Assembly (NCBI RefSeq): GCF_001194135.2
Contig: NC_068983.1
Location: forward strand, 115,982,886-116,046,885
Reading direction: 5' to 3'
Source of the DNA: Octopus bimaculoides
Taxonomy: Eukaryota
Length of the DNA: 64,000 nt
Numbering within the stretch: the first letter of the stretch is position 1; each line of letters starts with the position of its first letter. Shown here in pieces: positions 61,270-64,000 of this stretch. The position numbers and the translations under genes are program-made. The notes beneath the pieces were generated by a model. The model searched no databases. It had not been told where the DNA came from and was given only the letters and a program-made list of their open reading frames with translations.

Positions 61270-64000
61270 AGGAGTACCCGTGTTTGAGTAAGATCAGAAG
61301 ATTTTAGATTATCTGCAGGAAGTAAGAAAAAGATTGCCTGCACTAAAAGGCACCAACAGAAGGAAGCTGCTAGAAATGACTAGGAGAGTAGATTATGTTA
61401 TCAGTAGGATAGGTACTAAAAATATAGGAGACACTAACTTATTGATCTATGCAAGAGAGGCAGTAGTCACCAGAAGATTAAATATCTCGCAAGGAAAGAT
61501 TTCAAAAAAGAGCAAATGTGGAAAAGGAGATTACAAAATAAAGTAAAGTCTTTAAGACAAGATCTAAGTAGAATAGAAGCCTGGAAACTGAACAAGTTAG
61601 GAAACATAAGATGCCAATCTTCCCTCGAGAAAAGATACTTAGTCAAAGAGAAAGGATTTAGGACAGTAATAGAAGAGTTGAAACAGCGTATCATAGCAGT
61701 AGGAGGCAAGCAACAGAATAGATTATTTAAGGCAGATCAGAGGAGATTTTATAAATGAATAAATAGTGGAGAACGAAGTACTGAAGATGAGAAACCTAAT
61801 GCAGAAGAAGTTAGAAAGTTCTGGATAATATTTGGGATAAGCCCGTCAATCATAATAGAGATGCAGTATGGTTAAAGAAGAAGTAGTGAGTGAGAAGCAG
61901 CCATATCTAAGATTAACTAGTGCCTTAATGAGTAAAGTATTAGGGAAAATGCCGAAATGGAAGGACCCAGGATCATATTTGGTTCAAGGGTACTGGTTAA
62001 AGAAATTTAATAGTTTACTTGGGAGGCTGAGGGAACAACTTCAGGATTGCCTTAATGGAGGAATGCCAGACTGGATAACTAGAGGAAGAACAATACTCAT
62101 CATGAAAGATAAGAGCAAGGGTAATACAGCTAGCAATTATAAACCATTCACTTGCTTACCATTAGTGTGGAAGTTGTTAACAGGAATGCTTTCAGAAAGC
62201 ATTTACGAGCACCTTGACAACCAGAATTTACTATCAGAAGAACAGAAAGGTTGCCGAAAGAAAGCTTGAGGGACGCATGATCTATTATACATAGACAAAG
62301 CAGTTCTAAAGGAAATAAAAGCTAGAAAGAAAAATTTGACAATAGCATGGATAGCTTATAGGAAAGCCTATGACATGATCCCACACTCATGGATAAGTGA
62401 ATGCTTGAGTATATTTAGTATAGCAGACAACATAAGAGAATTAATTAGCTGTGTCATGAAGAAATGGAAAGTAGATCTCTACTCAGGTGACACACTCTTA
62501 GGGAAAGTTGATATCAAAAGAAGAATTTTCCAGGGGGACTCATTGTCCCCCTTAATATTTGTCTTGTGTTTAATCCCCCTCAGTTTAGTATCAAAGAAAG
62601 CAAAGGAGGGTATCAGTTCAGAAATAGTAAGAGAAAAATTAACCATTTGCTCTACATAGATGATCTGAAGCTTCTTAGTAAGAATGAAAAAGAGATTCCT
62701 TAATACAGACTGTAAGACTCTTCAGCAAAGATATAGGGATGGGATTTGGCATAGTTAAGTGTGCAATATTAGTCACGAGAAAGGGACAGGTAGTCAACAG
62801 CGAAAGCATCCAGTTACCAGATGGCCAGACATTAAAATCATTGAAAGGAGGAGAGAGTTATAAATATCTAGGAGTATCAGAATCTGAAATGGCACTAACT
62901 ACAGAAATGAAAACGAAAATTGAAAAGAAGTACATCAGAAGGGTAAGGAAGCTAATGAAGTCAAAGCTAAATGGTCCGAATCTAGTGAAGGCTGTAAATG
63001 CTTGGTCAGTATCATTACTGAGATACTCAGCAGCTGTTGTAGATTGGACGAAAACTGAATTAGCAAAACCAGACTAAAGAACTAGGAAGGAATTTAATAT
63101 GAATGGAGGACTCCACCCAAAGGCAGGAGTAGTGGGATTATACCTACCTAGAAAGGAAGGTGGAAAAGGGTTAATACCAGTAGAAGACTGCGTGGAGTTA
63201 GCTAGAGTAGATGTAAATCCTATGTAGGTAATAGTGAAGAAAGTTTATTAAAAGCTGCTAGAGTCACAGCAAGACATAGGAAAACCAAAAACCCAAACGA
63301 ACATAAAAACCAGAAAAAAGAACAGAAATTATCCGACTGGCAGGAGGCGTTGCATGGTAGATTCCCAAAGACAGTTGCAGCATATAGTGGTAGTGAGACA
63401 TGGTTATGGTTGCAGAAGGGAACGCTGAAGAGAGTGACCGAAAGTTTATTAGCTGCACAAGATAAAGCATTAAGGACTAATTGGATAAATGCCAAGATAG
63501 ACAAAAACCAAGAAGATTCCCAATGTAGATTATACAAATCAAAAGAGGAAAGCGTTACTCATTTAGTAAGTGAATGTAGCATGATGGCACAGAAAGAATA
63601 CAAGAAAAAACATGACAATCTAGGGAGAGTAATCCACTGGGGGCTATGTGGAAAGCTAGAATTTGAACATACTGATTAATGGTATGAACATGAGCCTAGT
63701 ACATTAATAGAAAGTAAGAAATACAAGATGTTGAGGGACTTTAACATTTAGACTGAGAGAGTAATAGAAGCTAGAAGGCCTGATTTGCTAGTAGTAGATA
63801 AAAAGAATAGAAAGTGCCAGATAATTAACTTTACAATCTCAAATGATGAAAACATTAATATGAAAAGTATAGAAGAAATAGCAAAGTACCAGGTCCTAGC
63901 TATTGAATTACAGAGACTATAGAAAGTGCAGGTAAAATGTATCCCAGTCGTTATAGGGGCATTGGGAACTATCCCTAAAGATCTGAACGAATGGACAGAG
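61270..64000 (+). mobile_element. R4/Dong-clade RLE LINE (third subfamily), degenerate, runs off the window
   Basis: WKDPG...GYWLK, YKPFTCL, YRKAYDMIPHSW, IFQGDSLSPL, HLLYIDDLKL, YKYLG, CRLYKSKEESVTHLVSEC, RPDL. Confidence 0.92.

Overview
AT-rich eukaryotic scaffold with about 15 N-gaps and very dense microsatellites. The SINE and microsatellite repertoire looks cephalopod (Octopus-like); this is an inference from recalled repeat families. No intact protein-coding gene can be supported: almost all long ORFs in the track are microsatellite or gap artefacts, or transposon relics. Recognisable content: three R4/Dong-type (restriction-like endonuclease) LINEs plus extra 3' ends, an RTE Expander/Rex3-type LINE, an RTE-BovB-type LINE with a clean 5' inversion, a CR1-group 3' end, a truncated Penelope-like element (PLE), a mariner, a hAT fossil, piggyBac and pogo MITEs, Helitron-type ends, several SINE families (called A-E here), and ORF1-only (RRM-like plus zinc-knuckle) retroelement relics. 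The main unexplained theme is a set of type I hammerhead ribozyme (HHR) motifs. They occur in two head-to-head palindromic elements built from a tRNA-derived Pol III head, an (AAT)n spacer and an HHR arm; in the 3' repeat of the PLE; in a ~270 bp element with inverted ends; and as degenerate copies elsewhere. Together these suggest a PLE-dependent, ribozyme-bearing non-autonomous retroelement system. Isolated splice-site and promoter-like signals (about 3, 6, 9-15 and 27-29 kb) may mark host or non-coding genes but could not be assembled into a gene model. SINE family labels are my own working names; boundaries are approximate unless a TSD or TIR is given.
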